Part shown: piece by piece, positions 1 to 10,179 of the stretch
Position numbering within the stretch: position 1 is the first letter of the stretch
Layout of the letters: every line of letters starts with the position of its first letter
From: an uncultured Thermoleophilia bacterium
GTDB taxonomy: Bacteria; Actinomycetota; Thermoleophilia; Gaiellales; Gaiellaceae
Assembly: GCA_963785875.1 (NCBI GenBank)
Contig: CAWAWV010000006.1
Coordinates: 53,590 to 117,589, forward strand
Length of the DNA stretch: 64,000 nt
Direction: 5' to 3'
Made by a program: the position numbers and the translations under genes
The notes under the pieces: model-generated
What the model was told of the DNA's origin: nothing
Seen by the model: the letters and a program-made list of their open reading frames with translations, nothing else
The model's database searches: none

Positions 1-92
1 CGGGCGCGCGGACGACGAGCGCGTCGAGCTCGCTGCTCGGCCATCAGCGCGCGGACGCGGTCGAGCTTCGCGTCGTCGCGCGGCCAGGTCAC
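1..92 (-). pseudogene. M24-family peptidase (Xaa-Pro aminopeptidase/creatinase-type N-terminal domain), 5' fragment leaving the window, frame slip near nt 32
   Basis: The minus strand from GTG 92..90 reads VTWPRDDAKLDRVRALMAEQ. After a 1-nt slip it reads ELDALVVRAP, a typical M24 N-terminus. Only ~30 codons are visible. Confidence 0.4.
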
Positions 93-976
93 GCGCTCGC
101 CCCAGGGGCGGATCCGCGGCGGCGCCGGCTCGCCGTGCGCCTCCTGCCACGAGATGACCGGGTTGCGCAGCACGCCGATCCGCTCGATCTCGGCCTCGAT
201 CACGTCGCCCGGCTTCAGGTAGAGCGACGCGCGCCTCCGGCGGCTGAAGCCGGCGACGCCGGAGACGGTGCCGGTCGAGAGGACGTCGCCGGCGCTGTAG
301 CCGAGCGCCGAGAAGTGGCTGAGGATCTCCGGGATCGTCACGGACATCCGGCTCGAGTGCGACTCCTGCCGCGCCTCGCCGTTGACGCGCAGCTCATCGC
401 CAGGTCGTGCGGGTCGGGGATCTCGTCGGGCGTGACGATCCACGGGCCGAGCGGGCAGAACGTGTCGATCGCCTTGCAGAAGCTGAAGACGCCGGAGCGC
501 ATCTCGCCGCGCTGGATGTCGCGGGCGGTGATGTCGTTGAAGATCACGTAGCCGCCGATGTAGTCCGCCGCCTCCTCGGGCGAGAACCACTTGCCCGCCT
601 TGCGCAGGACGACGGCGAGCTCGAGCTCGTAGTCGAGCTCCTCGGTCAGGTGCTCCGGGTAGACGACCGGCTCGTCGGGGCCGACGATCGCGTCGACGTT
701 CTGGAAGAAGACGATCCACGGCGCGATCTCGTGCGACCAGTCGACGTTCTTCGACTCGTCCTCGTGCTCGCGGAAGTTGCCGGCCGTGTGGAAGAACTTC
801 TTCGGCACGATCGGCGCGCGCAGCGTCGCGTCCGCGAGCGGCGTGCGCTCGCCGCGCGTCGTCGGCGCCGCCGCGCTCGAAGTACGTCGCGCATGTCGGG
901 GACGTCGAGGCGCGACGATCTCCTCGCCGTCGATCCGGCCGACCTTGCCGTCGTCGTAGGTGACGAGCTTCATCAC
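89..976 (-). pseudogene. Fumarylacetoacetate hydrolase (FAH) family protein, frame broken at least 3 times
   Basis: ORF 338..976 carries FAH blocks (FFHTAGNFREHEDE, WIVFFQNVDAIVGPDEPVVYP, GYVIFNDITARDIQ, FCPLGPWIVTPDE). Codons ~20-45 are out of frame. The C-terminal third (LRVNGEARQES..TGTVSGVAGF..IERIGVLRNPV) continues in another frame. The 3' end is uncertain. Confidence 0.8.
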
Positions 977-2207
977 GACTCCGCAGACCGCTCATCGCCG
1001 CGAGAGCGTAGACGTGCGCCGTCTTCACGAGCCCGTCGATGTCGAGGTTCTCGCCGTAGGTCGATGTCGAGCAGGCCGGTCGACGTCCCGTAGTTGACCG
1101 TCGGGATGCCGTAGCGCGTCAGCGCCGAGGCGTCGGAGAACCAGCGCGTGACGTCGCGTGCCGGGCGGCTCGCCGAAGACCTCCTCGTGCGCGGCGTCGA
1201 GCGCCGCGACGAGCGGGTGGCCCTCGTCGATCTCGGCGCCCGGGGCGGTCACGTAGACCTCGCCCTCGACGCCGTAGTCGGGGAAGCGGCTCGGCGAGCG
1301 CCGCGCACCATGTCGAGCACCTCGCGCGCGCGCCACCGCCATCGGCTTCGTCGGCGGCACGCGGACGTCGAGGAAGAGATCGGTGCGGTGCGGCGTCCGC
1401 GAGACGCGCCAGCCGAAGCCGCCCTGGATCGCGCCGACGTTGACGATCGCCGGGCGCCGCGGTAGGCGTTCGCCGGGTCGTCCTCCCAGGTCGGGATCCA
1501 CTCGAGCACGGCGTCGAGCACCTCGCGCATGCGCAGGATCGAGTTCTGGTCGCGCTTGCCCTCGCTGAAGGCGGTGTGGATGAAGTTGCCGTGGCGTCGA
1601 GATGCGCAGCCAGAGCGAGCCGAAGTGGCCGAGCACGACCTTGCCTCGGTCGGCTCGCCGAGGATGCACATGTCGGCGACGCCGCCGTGCGAGACGAGGT
1701 AGCGCGTGCCGGCCGCGTAGCCGCGGAACTCGGCGCCCTGCGCGTCGCCGTACTGCGTCTTCTCGATCTCGCCGCAGACGGCCGCGATCAGCACGTCGCC
1801 GCGCAGCCGCACGCCCGCGTCCTGGAGCGCGCGCACCGCCTCGACGTAGCAGGCGAGCGCGCCCTTCATGTTCGAGATGCCGAGCCCGTAGAGGCGGCCG
1901 TCGCGTGACGAACGCGCTTCGGCTGGAACCCGCGCACGCCGGCGAGCCACGGCTCGCGGCCCGAGTACGAGGTGTCCATGTGGCCGTTGAACATCAGGCT
2001 CGGCCCGCCGCCGGCGCCGGGCCAGGTGCCGAGCACGTTGGCGCGGCCGTCCTCGACCTGCTGCCACTGCACCTGCAGGCCCATCTCGCTCGAAGAGCTC
2101 GGCCATCAGCTCGGCCATCGCCTGCTCGTCGCCGGTGAAGCTCGGCATGTCGATCGCCGCGAGGCCGGTCGCGACGAGCCGGTCCGGTCGATCGCGACCT
2201 CGATCAT
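973..2207 (-). pseudogene. M20-family metallopeptidase (ArgE/DapE/acylase-like), multiply frameshifted
   Basis: ATG 2207 overlaps the upstream stop (ATGA). The pieces lie in three frames: FTGDEQAMAELMAELF, NGHMDTSY (ORF 1866..2084), GLGISNMKGALACYVEAVRAL, GGVADMCILGEPT, AIVNVGAIQGGFGW and YVTAPGAEIDEGHPLVAALD (ORF 1025..1669). The 3' end is approximate. Confidence 0.75.
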
Positions 2208-3234
2208 CGGACGTGCGGCAGGACCTGCTCGGCGAAGAGGCGGATCTGCTCGTGGCGGTTCTCGCCCCACAGCTCGAGCATCACGTGCGTGCAGCCCGCG
2301 TCCCGGTACTCCTCGATCGCCGCGATGCAGTCGGCCGGCGTGCCGGCGATCGGCTTGCACTTGTCGAGCAGCGCGTCGGTCACCTGCTCCTTCGCGGCCA
2401 GCCGGCCGCCGCTGCTCCATCGCCTCGGCGACCGGGCGGATCTCGTCCTGCTCGATCCCGGCCAGGTCGAGCAGCGTGTCGGCGGCGCCCTGGATGTTCT
2501 GCACCTTGTTCGCGAGGTACATGCCGGCGATCTCGCGCGCGCCGTCGCGGCCCGCGTCGCGGTCGGTCGCGTGGATCGAGGCGACGACCGTGCAGCCGAG
2601 GTCGATGTCGGCCTGCACGTTCTCGCGCGTGTAGCGACGAACGCCGGCGTCGTGATCGACGGCGTCAGCAGCCGTCGCCGATCTCGCCGCCAGCGCCTGC
2701 ATCTTCGGCGCGGTCGCGGCGACGTAGACCGGCGGCACCTCCCGCGGCGCGTGGGCCTCGGCCTGCGAGCGCGGGCACGTCGGCGCTCCACGTCTCGCCG
2801 TCGTACTCGAAGCGCTCGCCGCCGAGCACGCCGCGCACGATCGTCGACCGCGTCGCGCATCGGCCCGAGCGTCTTCTTGGTCTGCGCTTCGTGTTGTTGA
2901 GGAAGATCTTCGACGTCCCGAACCCGAGCGATGAAGCGTCCCGGCCCGGCGGCCTCCTGCACGACCCGCGCGTCCATCGCGACCTGCACCGGATGGCGCG
3001 TGGACGCGGAGATGATCCCCCAGCCGATCGTCAGCTGCTCCGTCTCGCGCGCCATCAGCGCCGACACGACCGTCGACGAGCGCGCCTCCATCCCGTGCTT
3101 GCGCCACCACGGGTACGCCTCGGCGAGCCAGATCGTGTCGATGCCGCCGCGTCCATCGCGCGCGCCGACGCGAGCATCTCCTCGAGCGGCTCCATGGTGA
3201 GCTGCATGACGCCGATGCGGAACGGGACCGCCAC
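2204..3234 (-). pseudogene. LLM-class (luciferase-like) flavin/F420-dependent oxidoreductase, multiply frameshifted
   Basis: The N-terminus FRIGVMQLTMEPLEEMLASARAMD is in ORF 3055..3624. TIGWGIISASTRHPVQVAMDA and the C-terminus IAGTPADCIAAIEEYRDAGCTHVMLELWGENRHEQIRLFAEQVLPHVR are in ORF 2204..3091. The middle (~2450-2900) is in other frames. Confidence 0.75.
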
Positions 3235-3238
3235 GCGG

Positions 3239-3707
3239 CTACGCCCGCGACCGCGCTCCTGGACCTCGCGGTCGAGCGCGTGCAGAGCACGTGCGCTACC
3301 TGCTGGTTGACGATCGGCTGCAGCACCCGCTGGCCCATCGAGCCGACCGGGCCGGCGATCTTCACGTCGGCCGCCCAGTTCATCAGCGTGCCCGCGCCGT
3401 CGACGCTCGGCGAGGTCGAACGAGGTCTGCATCGAGATCATCGCGCCGACGCCCGTTGCCCTTGATCTCGAGCTGGAGCGTACTCCAGCTCGCGCTCCTC
3501 GACCTTCTCCATGTCGATCTTCATCCTCAGGCCGCCGAGGCCGAGCGGGATCTTGACGTTCGCGGTCCAGCGCGGTCGCGTCGTGGACGTCGAAGCTCTC
3601 GACGCCGGGCATCGTCTTCGCCATCGACGCCGGGTCGTTCAGGACACCGCCAGACGGCCTCGCGCGGCGCCGCGAACGTGCGCTCGCCCGAGACGTTCAG
3701 CGTGCAT
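3239..3707 (-). pseudogene. CoxG-like SRPBCC protein (carbon monoxide dehydrogenase subunit G family), frameshifted
   Basis: The SRPBCC/CoxG pattern is spread over three minus frames: LNVSGERTFAAPREAVW, NDPASMAKTMPGVESFDVHDAT and MNWAADVKIAGPVGSMGQRVLQPIVNQQVAHV. ATG 3707 overlaps the large-subunit stop (TGATG). Confidence 0.6.
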
Positions 3708-6166
3708 CACCGCGACGCGCGCGCCCGCTCGCCGGGTCGCTGGAGCATCTCCCACACGCGGTGGTACGGGTTACAGCTGTCGTAGACGATCGCGCCGCCG
3801 TGGCCGCGCAGCGCGTCCTGCACCGCGGCGCAGATCGCGTGGATGCCCGCGCCGCCGCCTTCGCCCATGCCCTTCGTGCCGAGCGGCGTGAACGGCGACG
3901 GCGCTCTCGACGCAGCCGGTGCTGAAGCGGCGGCATGTCGAGCGCGTGCGGCACGTGGTAGTCGTAGAAGTTCGGGGTGAGCAGGTTGCCGTCCTCGTCG
4001 TAGGCGAACTTCTCGTGCATCGCCGCGCCGAGCGCCTGCGCCGTCGCGCCCATCACCTGCCCCTCGACGATCTGCGGGTTGATCCGCTTGCCGCAGTCGT
4101 CGACGGCCGCGTAGTCGACGATGTCGTAGGAGCCGGTCTCGGGATCGATCTCGATCACCGCCGCGTGGATCTGTGTCGGCGTACGTGAGCGTCAGGTTCC
4201 CGTACTTCCGCTCGACGTCGGGCACCTCGAACGGCGGCCGGTAGACGTAGCGGCAGTTGAGCGTGACGCCGAGGTCCTCCGGCAGGCCCGCGTTGTTCGC
4301 GTTGATGATCGCGCCGCACGCCATGAAGGGCAGGAACGCGTCCGGGCTCTCCTTGATCCGCGACGCCGCCCTCGGCCAGCTCGAGCGCCTCCGCAGGCAC
4401 GCCGCCGAAGATCGCGCCGGCGAGCTTGAAGATCTCGTCGCGCAGCATTTCCGTCGCGCCCTTCACCGCGCTCAGGCCGGTGACCGCGAACTGCGACGCG
4501 TAGGTGCCCGAGAAGCCGGCGTGCGAGTTCCAGTACGAGTCGTGGCCGGCGCGCACGTACACGTCGTCGACCGAGCACTTGAGGATGTCGGCGACGACCT
4601 GCGCCGCGGTCGTCTCGTGGCCCTGGCCTTGCGGCGTCGTGCCGAGCGTGACGACGATCTCGCCGAAGATGTCGAGCTTGACGGTCGCCACCTCGTTGTT
4701 GCCCGAGAACTGCAGCTCCGGGTTGATCATTCGCGACTGGCCGAAGTTGTTCGTGCCCGAGTCGAGCGTCGAGCCGATCCCGAGGCCGAGCAGCTTGCCG
4801 CGGGCTTTCGCGTCGGCGCGCTTCGATTCGATCGACGGGTAGTCGACGAGGTCGAGCGCGATGTCGAGCATCCGCGCGTAGTCGCCCGAGTCGTAGACGC
4901 AGCCGTTCGGCGTCGTGTACGGCATGTCCTCGGTCTCGCACGTAGTTGCGTTTCCGAATCTCGACCGGGTCGAGGCCGAGCTCGTGCGCGACGATGTCGA
5001 TGATCCGCTCGGTGAACCAGAGGTGCTGCATCCGCGAGTAGCCGCGGTTCGGCGACACGGCGCCTTGTTCGTCGCGACCTGGGTGAAGTCGACGCGGATG
5101 TTCTGCCAGCGGTACATCCCGGGGGTCACCTGCGCCCAGATGACGCCGCCGAGCGGCTCGTAGCGCAGGTACGCGCCCGCGTCGTCGAGCGCCTTCGTCC
5201 GGAAGCCGAGCAGCGTCCCGTCGCTGCTTGACCGCCACCTCGGTCTCGTGGAACCAGCGCTCGTTGCCGTGCGACATCGACAGGTGGAAGTCGGTGCGCC
5301 ATTCCGTCCACTGGACCGGCCGGTTCAGCTTGCGCGCGAGCAGGCAGCACGCGACGAGCTGCGGATGCGAGGTGATCTTGTTGCCGAAGCCGCCGCCGAT
5401 GTCCTGCGTGACGAAGCGAAGCTTGTCGAGCCCGCACCGCATCGCCGGCCCCATCATGATGATCGCGAAGCCGGGGAACTGGTTGTTCGTCGTGATCGTC
5501 CACTGGCCGGTGCCGCGGTTGTACTCGACGAGCGCGCCGTCGCATTCGAGCGGCGTCGAGTTGAAGCGGTGGAAGTGGAGCTCGTCGATCTTCACGATCT
5601 TGTCCGCCTCGGCGAACGCAGCGTCGAGGTCGCCCCACTCGTACAGGCCGTGCCACATCAGGTTGCCGCCGGCGTCCTCGTGGATCGTCGGCACGCCGTC
5701 GGCCTGCGCGTCGCGTGCGTCGGTGATCGCGTCGAGCGGCTCGTACTCGACCTCGACGAGCTCTGAGGCGTCGCGCGCTGCTTCGCGCGTCTCCGCGACC
5801 ACTGCGACGATCGGCTCGCCGACGTAGCGCACCTTGCCGACCGCGAGCGCGTAGTCCTTCACGTTGGCGCCGGGCACCGACGCGATCTGGAAGAACGGGT
5901 CGGTGAGGGCGGCGACCTCCTCGCCGGTGAGCGTCCCGTAGACGCCCGGATGCGCCTCGGCGGCCGAGACGTCGATCGAGGTGATGTGCGCGTGCGCGTA
6001 CGGCGAGCGGACGAAGTGCAGGTAGCCCATGCCGTGGCGCTTGACGTCGTCGACGAAGACGCCCTGTCCCTGGACGAGACGGCGGTCCTCCTTGCGCGGG
6101 ACGCTCTGGCCCGGCCCAGGTCTCCTGCGCCCGCTCGACCTGCTCCGGTGCAATGGTCGTGCTCAT
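3707..6166 (-). pseudogene. Molybdopterin-dependent hydroxylase large subunit (xanthine dehydrogenase/CoxL family, not form-I CODH), at least 5 frame changes
   Basis: ATG 6166 overlaps the small-subunit stop (ATGA). Blocks present: SVPRKEDRRLVQGQGVFVDDV, VRYVGEPIVAVVAE, GGGFGNK, TTPQGQGHETTAAQVVAD, AVDDCGKRINPQIVEGQVMGA and GTKGMGEGG. They are taken from ORFs 5126..6325, 4192..6153, 4155..5129, 3697..4158 and 3707..4324. Confidence 0.85.
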
Positions 6167-6630
6167 TCGGACGCCGCCTTGACGGCTTCGAAGATGTTCC
6201 AGTAGCCGGTGCAGCGGCAGATGTTGCCCTGCAGCGCCTTCTTGATCTCGTCGTCGGACGGGTGCGGGTTCTCGCGCAGCAGCGCGGTTGCGCTCATCAG
6301 CATCCCCGGCGTGCAGTAGCCGCATTGCAGCGCGTGGTGGTCACGGAACGCCTGCTGCAGCTTGTTCAGCTCGTCGCCGTCGGCGAGGCCCTCGACCGAC
6401 TCGATCGTTGCGCCGTCGGCCTGGACGGCGAGCATCATGCAGCTCTTCACGAGCGTGCCGTCGACGATCAGCGAGCACGCGCCGCAGTTGCCGGTGTCGC
6501 AGCCGATGTGGCTGCCGGTCAGGTCGAGGTCGTCGCGGACGAAGTGGATCAAGAGCTTCCGCGCCTCGACCTCGCGCTCGTAGGTCGTGCCGTTGATCGT
6601 GACGGTGATCGACCGCTCGGTCGAGCTCAT
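6163..6630 (-). CDS. (2Fe-2S)-binding small subunit of the molybdenum hydroxylase (CoxS/XdhC-type)
   Basis: These are the last 155 codons of ORF 6163..7431, from ATG 6630. They read MSSTERSITVTINGTTYE.., then GCDTGNCGACSLIVDG and ALQCGYCTPGMLMS..GNICRCTGY, the two [2Fe-2S] cysteine motifs. The frame is uninterrupted. Confidence 0.9.
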   Translation of the reverse strand: MSSTERSITVTINGTTYEREVEARKLLIHFVRDDLDLTGSHIGCDTGNCGACSLIVDGTLVKSCMMLAVQADGATIESVEGLADGDELNKLQQAFRDHHALQCGYCTPGMLMSATALLRENPHPSDDEIKKALQGNICRCTGYWNIFEAVKAASE

Positions 6631-7431
6631 GCGGCTCCTCGGGCTTGCGTTGACTGCGCGAACGGCGAGCACCTCGGCCAGGTGGCGGCGGTAGTCGCTC
6701 GACGCGTGGACATCGGACGGCGGCTCGAGGCTCGCGCCGCGCACGGCCTGCGTGACGGCGTCGGCGTCGCTCGAGCCGGGCGTGAGCACGACCGGCACCG
6801 CGTCGACGCACCCGAGCGCGATGCGCACACTGCCGTTCAACGAAGCGGCAGCGCTTGCGATGCAGGTCCCATCCACGCCTAGCGTGACGGCGGCGAAACC
6901 ATCGTTACGCCCAGGCGGAATCGTCACCTTCGTCAGCAGCTCGCCTGTGCCGACCGCGGTCAGGTAGACACCGAGGAAGAAGTCGTCCGACGAGACAGTG
7001 CGATCCCCGCCCGCGGCGGCGATCGTGAACTCGGCACCGAGCGCGGCGAGGAGCGGCGGGAGGTGGTTCGTCGGGTCGTTCGTGCAGACGTTGCCGCCGA
7101 TCGTGCCTCGGTTCCGCACCTGGACGTCTGCGATCTGCGAGCAGACCTCGCCGAGGATCGGGCGGGCGCGCGCCTCGCTCGAGGCCATGATCTCCGTGTA
7201 GGTCGCCATCGCGCCGATCTCGAGTGTGCCGTCGGCCCGAGCTCGATTCCCTTCAGCTCGTCGAGCCCGTTCAGATCGATGAGCGCGTCGGGCGAACCGG
7301 CCCGCGCCTTCATCACGTTGATGAGGGTCTGCCCGCCGGCGAGGGCGCGGGCGCCGTCGTTCGCGGCGAGCAGCCTCGAGCGCCTCGGCGACGGATGACG
7401 GCTTGGCGTATTCGACCTCGCGGAGAAGCAT
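6627..7431 (-). pseudogene. FAD-binding medium subunit of the molybdenum hydroxylase (CoxM/XdhB-type), compensated frameshift pair
   Basis: Blocks present: MLLREVEYAKPSSVAEALE, then QTLINVMKARAGSPDALIDLNGLDELKGIEL in another frame (ORF 6960..7316), then DGTLEIGAMATYTEI, VRNRGTIGGNVCTNDP and SDYRRHLAEVLAVRA. No stop separates it from the small subunit in the 422-aa ORF. An alternative-frame stop lies at 6627. Confidence 0.85.
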
Positions 7432-7442
7432 CTCAGGGAGTT

Positions 7443-8690
7443 TTATAAAATGTCTGATCGGTCCGGCGCAAGTCGGTAACCGATCTCGGGGGGAGCTGGC
7501 TCGCGGAGGCTGCGTACAGGTGTCCAGGCACCGTACAGTGGCTCAGTCGGAGACATGCCGACACCGGATGTCGCCAGGAGTCCGTGTTTCGCGAGACCAG
7601 CGAGGACGGCGTCGATGTCGTCCTCGGTGTTGTAGGCGTGCGGTGAGACGCGCAGGTTCGAGTCGCGCTCGGAGGTGACGATCCCGTCGTCGCCGAGCGC
7701 GGTGACGAGCGCCGGGCGCATCGGTCGAGCGGATGCACACGAGCGCGCCGCGGCGGACCGCCTCGCGCGGCGTCACGACCGTGCCGCCGAGCTCGTCGAC
7801 GCCGGCGATCAGCCGCTCGTTGAGCGCGTTCACGTGCTCACGCGTCTCGGCGATCCCGATCTCCTCGCATCAACTCGATCCCCGCGATCCCCGCGTAGAT
7901 CGCCGGCACCGGCGGCGTCCCCGACTGCCAGCGGCGCGCGTTCGGCGCCGGCGCAGTAGCGCGGTGTGGGCCATCTCGAAGATGTCGCGGTCGGCGAACC
8001 AGCCCGTCTCCGTCGGCGTCAGCTCGTCGGCCAGGCCGGGCCGGGTCCAGAGGAAGCCGAGCCCCGCCGAGCCGAGCAGGTACTTGAGCACCCCCGCCGC
8101 GAGCGCGTCGACGCCGAGCTCCCGCACGTCGAGGGGATACGACCCGACCGCCTGGTAGGCGTCGAGCAGGCACAGCGCGCCGCGGTCGTGGGCGATCCGC
8201 GCGATCTCCTCGACCGGCAGCCGCGCGCCGTTGCGGTAGCAGACGGCAGTGACCGAGACGACGGCCGTGCGCTCGTCGATCGCCTCGTCGACCTGCTCGG
8301 GCGGGACGACGTGACACCTCCGCACCGCGCAGCTGCTGCGCGTGCCAGATCTGGCCGATCGTCGGGAACTCGTAGTCGCTGATCACGACCTTCGGGCGCT
8401 GCGGTGAAGTCGATTGCGGACGCGAGCGCGCTGACGCCCGCGGACAGCGACGTGGTCACAGCGACGTCGTCCCGCTCCGCGTTGATCAGGCCCGCGAACG
8501 ACGTTCGGGCCGCCTCGGTGCGCTCGACCCAGTAGTCCCACGGTGCGCCCCGCTCGTCCCAGCCGGTCAGGTAGTCGCCGTACGCGGCGCGCACCGCATC
8601 CGACAGTGCGCCTTGCGAGCACGAGTTGACGTAGACGAGCCGCTCGAAGATCGGGAACCGCGACGGCACCGGCACGTCGCTAACGCCCAA
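7443..8690 (-). pseudogene. Class-V (PLP-dependent) aminotransferase / cysteine-desulfurase-like enzyme, multiply frameshifted
   Basis: Blocks present: VYVNSCSQGALSDAVRAAYGDYLTGW (ORF 8019..8690), VSVTAVCYRNGARLPVEEIARIAHDRGALCLLDAYQAVG and AAGVLKYLLGSAGLGFLW (ORF 7870..8325), and VSPHAYNTEDDIDAVL (ORF 7443..7721). The exact 3' end is uncertain. Confidence 0.75.
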
Positions 8691-9397
8691 GGTAGGCCTT
8701 ACGCAGGTCGTCGTTCTCGCGCAACTCGGCCGCCTTTCCCTCGAGCACCAGTCGTCCGGTCGAGAGGACGTAGCCGCGGTCGGCGATCGAGAGCGACACG
8801 TTCGCGTTCTGCTCGACGACGAGAATCGCGACGCCGGACTCGTGGACCTGCTTGATGATCTCGAAGTTTCGCTCGACGAGGATGGGCGCGAGCCCCATCG
8901 ACGGCTCGTCCATCAGGAGGAGCTTCGGCCGCGACATCAGCGCGCGCCCCATCGCCACCATCTGCTGCTCGCCGCCCGAGAGCGTCCCTGCAAGCTGGGA
9001 GCGCCGCTCGTGCAGCAGCGGGAAGAGCTCGTAGACGCGGTCGAAGTCCGCCTTGTCACCGCCGCCCCGGAGGTAGGCGCCCATCTCGAGGTTCTCGAGC
9101 ACGGTCATCGGCGCGAAGAGCCGGCGGTTCTCGGGCACGATCGCGATCCCGCGCGCGATGCGGTAGCTCGTCGGGCGTCTCGTCACGTCCTCGCCGGCGA
9201 GCACGAACAGCGCCGGCGCGCGGCTTGACGATTCCGAGGATCGTCTTCAGCGTCGTCGACTTACCCGACGCATTGCCACCGAGTAGGCAGACGAGCTCCC
9301 CTTCGCCGACATGGATCGAAAGCCCCTGCAGGATGCGGATCTGCCCGTAGTACGTGTCGACGCTCTGCAGTTCGAGCAACTGGCCGTTGGCGCTCAT
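8680..9397 (-). pseudogene. livF: Branched-chain-amino-acid-type ABC transporter ATP-binding protein (LivF type), single frame break near nt 9215
   Basis: ORF 9056..9397 gives LELQSVDTYYGQIRILQGLSIHVGEGELVCLLGGNASGKSTT (Walker A). ORF 8680..9204 gives [15 protein letters not shown] and LLLMDEPSMGLAP (signature, Walker B). The two pieces join at KPRAG / LFVLAGEDV. Confidence 0.85.
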
Positions 9398-10179
9398 TTC
9401 GACGACATGCTGTTCAGGCCGAGGTACGCCTCGACGACCTTCTCGTTCGTCGCCACGTGCTCGAACGAGCCCTCTGCGATCTTGACGCCGTGGTCGAGCG
9501 CGACGACGCGGTCGGAGATCCCCTCGACGACGTGCATGTCGTGCTCGATCACGAGGATCGTGTAGCCGCCTTCGGCGCGCAGCTGTCCGATCAGCTCCGA
9601 GATCTCGTGGGTCTCCGTCGGGTTCATCCCGGCCGCGGGCTCGTCGAGTAGGAGCAGCCTCGGGTTGGTCGCGGTCGCCCGGGCGATCTCGAGCCGGCGC
9701 CGGTTCGCGTACGAGAGTGAGTACGCCGGCTGGTCCCAGCGGTAGCCCATGAGCCGCTGGCCGAAGAACGCGAGCCGCTGCCGTGCGAGCTCCTCGATCT
9801 CCCGCTCCTCGCGGCGCATTCCCGGCGTTCGGACCATCGACCGCACCATTCCAGCCCTGGTGTGGCCGTAGGCGGCGGCCATCACGTTCTCTTTGACCGA
9901 CATGTTCAGGAACAGCCGCAGCGTCTGGAACGTCCGCGAGATCCCGCGGCAGCAGATCTGGTGGGGCTCCAGGCCGACGATGCTCTGGCCGTCGAAGTGG
10001 ATGTCGCCGGCCTGCGGCCGGTAGATGCCGGTGACGAGGTTGAAGAGCGTCGTCTTGCCCGCGCCGTTCGGCCCGATCACCGACACGATCTCGCCTTCGT
10101 CGACGTGCAAGTCCAGCGAATCGACGACCGTCAGGCCCCCGAACGACAGTGAGACGTCGTGGAGCTCGAGCAACCTCAT
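9394..10179 (-). CDS. livG: ABC transporter ATP-binding protein (LivG type)
   Basis: These are the last 262 codons of ORF 9394..10842, from ATG 10179, which overlaps the livM stop (ATGA). Blocks present: MRLLELHDVSLSFGG, GPNGAGKTTLFN, LSYANRRRLEIARA and LLLLDEPAAGMN. The frame is intact. Confidence 0.9.
   Translation of the reverse strand: MRLLELHDVSLSFGGLTVVDSLDLHVDEGEIVSVIGPNGAGKTTLFNLVTGIYRPQAGDIHFDGQSIVGLEPHQICCRGISRTFQTLRLFLNMSVKENVMAAAYGHTRAGMVRSMVRTPGMRREEREIEELARQRLAFFGQRLMGYRWDQPAYSLSYANRRRLEIARATATNPRLLLLDEPAAGMNPTETHEISELIGQLRAEGGYTILVIEHDMHVVEGISDRVVALDHGVKIAEGSFEHVATNEKVVEAYLGLNSMSSK

Noticed and set aside
3707-6166. Calling the Mo-enzyme a genuine carbon monoxide dehydrogenase (coxL).
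   Set aside because: The active-site loop matches neither the form I nor the form II signature as I remember them. Only the gene order is CODH-like.
7432-7452. The AT-rich palindrome TTTTATAAAA just upstream of the coxM-like start, considered as a promoter -10 element.
   Set aside because: It overlaps the TAA stop of the upstream aminotransferase ORF and is too close to the start codon to serve as a -10 box. There is no supporting -35 element.
7540-7550. A tRNA-like D-arm string, GGCTCAGTCGG, in the region between the aminotransferase and coxM-like genes.
   Set aside because: I could find no matching acceptor stem, anticodon arm or T-arm around it. It lies within the aminotransferase C-terminal coding region.
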